Shown one piece after another: positions 34,865 through 36,923 of a stretch of 36,923 nucleotides of DNA. Within the stretch, counting starts at the first letter, position 1; each line of letters opens with the position of its first letter. Under the pieces are notes generated by a model. The model was not told the origin of the DNA. It searched no databases and was given only the letters and a program-made list of their open reading frames with translations. Source of the stretch: Octopus bimaculoides (Eukaryota); contig NC_068988.1 in the NCBI RefSeq assembly GCF_001194135.2, positions 21,145,051 through 21,181,973 of the forward strand, written 5' to 3'. The position numbers and the translations under genes were made by a program.

Positions 34865-35158
34865 CGTCTCCCGATCTTGATCCGTCAGACTACCATTTGT
34901 TTCGTAGTTTACAGAATCATTTGGGGGACATAACTTTCACAAGCCAGGAGGAGGTTGAAACTGACATTTCAGAGTTCTTCGCTTTGAAACCAAAAGAGTT
35001 TTACATTGATGGGATTAAAAAGCTTGTAAATAGATGAAAGGAAGTTATAGATAATCAGGGAAGGTACATTGATGATTAAATTTCAATTAAATATAACATT
35101 TGATCGATCACTTATTTTCTTTATTCAAAAATCGGACAGAACTTATGAGATGGCCTGA
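34865..35158 (+). pseudogene. Mariner (Tc1/mariner) transposase C-terminal fragment plus right TIR
   Basis: SPDLDPSDYHLFRSLQNHL...FTSQEEVE...FF..KPKEFYIDGI.KLV.R*.EVIDNQG.YIDD*, then ...ggacagaacttatgagatggcctga|TA. Confidence 0.88.
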
Positions 35159-35865
35159 TATATATGTGTGTGTATGTATATATATATATATAAAAACAAA
35201 TGGTAAATGAGTATATGCATANNNNNNNNNNNNNNNNNNNNNNNNNNNNNNNNNNNNNNNNNNNNNNNNNNNNNNNNNNNNNNNNNNNNNNNNNNNNNNN
35301 NNNNNNNNNNNNNNNNNNNNNNNNNNNNNNNNNNNNNNNNNNNNNNNNNNNNNNNNNNNNNNNNNNNNNNNNNNNNNNNNNNNNNNNNNNNNNNNNNNNN
35401 NNNNNNNNNNNNNNNNNNNNNNNNNNNNNNNNNNNNNNNNNNNNNNNNNNNNNNNNNNNNNNNNNNNNNNNNNNNNNNNNNNNNNNNNNNNNNNNNNNNN
35501 NNNNNNNNNNNNNNNNNNNNNNNNNNNNNNNNNNNNNNNNNNNNNNNNNNNNNNNNNNNNNNNNNNNNNNNNNNNNNNNNNNNNNNNNNNNNNNNNNNNN
35601 NNNNNNNNNNNNNNNNNNNNNNNNNNNNNNNNNNNNNNNNNNNNNNNNNNNNNNNNNNNNNNNNNNNNNNNNNNNNNNNNNNNNNNNNNNNNNNNNNNNN
35701 NNNNNNNNNNNNNNNTATATATATATTGTATGTGTGTGTGTATTAATGTTTGTTTTAGATAGAAATCATAGATAAAAACAATTTAACAATAAACTGAAGA
35801 ATTAGCCGATACTTTTTTGCTAAAGCTTATGTTTAAAAGGGAAAAGTTAAAAAGAGAAAAGTTTG

Positions 35866-35907
35866 TCGGTATTTCGAAGTTTCGGCTTGCTTGCCTTCGT
35901 CAGACCG
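35866..35907 (-). ncRNA. Degenerate hammerhead-like motif in a probable Penelope-like fragment (~35780-36200)
   Basis: - strand CGGU-CUGACGA-A-GGC(AAGCAA)GCC-GAAAC-UUCGAA-AUACCG; stems I and III imperfect. Confidence 0.4.
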
Positions 35908-36486
35908 TGCTTTACTTGGGCATATATAGCCTTTGGCAAGTTGAATTTTGGGGATAGGTGGAGCTATGTGAAATGATAATCTGATGTGATTTATATAGAT
36001 GGAGGAAGTATTTGTGTAGGAAGGGAAGATAGAGAAAATAGAAGGAAAGTATGTATTTGTTGAGGGTGAGGGTTTACAGAAAAAGTTATTGTGAGGAGAT
36101 TTTATTTGATGCAATGTAGGAATATTGTTATTGTGTTTCGGGTTTCGTCAAGCGTGGAAGTAACTGTTCAAATGTCACTACACTTCCTTCCTGTAGAGAA
36201 AATTGGTTTGTTATGTCTTAGGGTTCACAAAAAATGACATGGATATATATGTATATATGTATGTATATATATGTATATATACGCTTAGTTTAGAATAGAG
36301 GCAGCTGATGAAGGAAATATTCTCTATGTGGCCTGTTTGTTTTCTGTGCTCTGCTTATGTTCTGTTTTTCATTTTGTCCACGTTTTTTTTGTGACGTCCT
36401 GTACCCAGATATGCATCTATATATACATGTAGATGTAAGTTTGTACATGCATTTACGTATATATGCATATACTCACATATTATTTG

Positions 36487-36532
<46 letters not shown>

Positions 36533-36604
36533 GGAGCAAAAACGCAATAGAGGACATTAAAGCATTCGGACAGATAGACGATACAAAAAAAACAAAAACG
36601 GTGG

Positions 36605-36670
<66 letters not shown>

Positions 36671-36675
<5 letters not shown>

Positions 36676-36923
36676 ATAAAAATGAGAATGTGTGTCTGTC
36701 TGTCTGTCGGTCTGTCTGCCTGTCTGCCTGTCTGTCTATCTGTCTGTGTGAATCCCTAAAACTCGAGAACTACGCAACCAATTTCATTCAAATTTTACAC
36801 ATGCCTTACTTAGGGTTCCAGTTGTGTTTTAGTCAAAAAAAATTATTAACTTCTTGCAGAGTTCGAGCACACGGCAACATAATATCTCCTCCACTATTTA
36901 AGTATTACGTGTCAAAAGTGAAA
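36671..36923 (+). mobile_element. Probable non-autonomous Helitron-like element, 5' part
   Basis: Starts tctatataaaaatgag followed by a (TGTC)n microsatellite, as in DINE-1/Lep1-type Helitron-derived elements; 3' end outside the window. Confidence 0.45.

Overview
AT-rich, microsatellite- and SINE-dense eukaryotic genomic DNA from a draft assembly with three large N gaps and several 10-N joins. The repeat families look like those of an octopod cephalopod (inference, not database-checked). The first ~19 kb holds most of the casein kinase 2 regulatory subunit gene (CSNK2B / CK2-beta) on the + strand: coding exons at 5506-5608, 9725-9840, 11941-12016, 13532-13721 and 17119-17227. The first four match the vertebrate 103/116/76/190-nt exon sizes. 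The ATG exon was not found and presumably lies upstream of the window. The main discovery is a second, diverged but intact copy of the acidic-loop/helix exon at 8125-8237, with the same splice phases as 9725-9840. The pair looks like mutually exclusive exons that would give two CK2-beta isoforms. A possible third decayed copy or micro-exon lies between them, and the gene has candidate alternative C-termini. The rest of the window is mobile DNA: several tRNA-type SINE families, Tx1/L1 and RTE LINE relics, a mariner fragment, piggyBac-like and Merlin-like MITEs, a Helitron-like element, four hammerhead-ribozyme-like motifs in Penelope-like fragments, and a 115-bp-arm hairpin. No second protein-coding host gene is evident.
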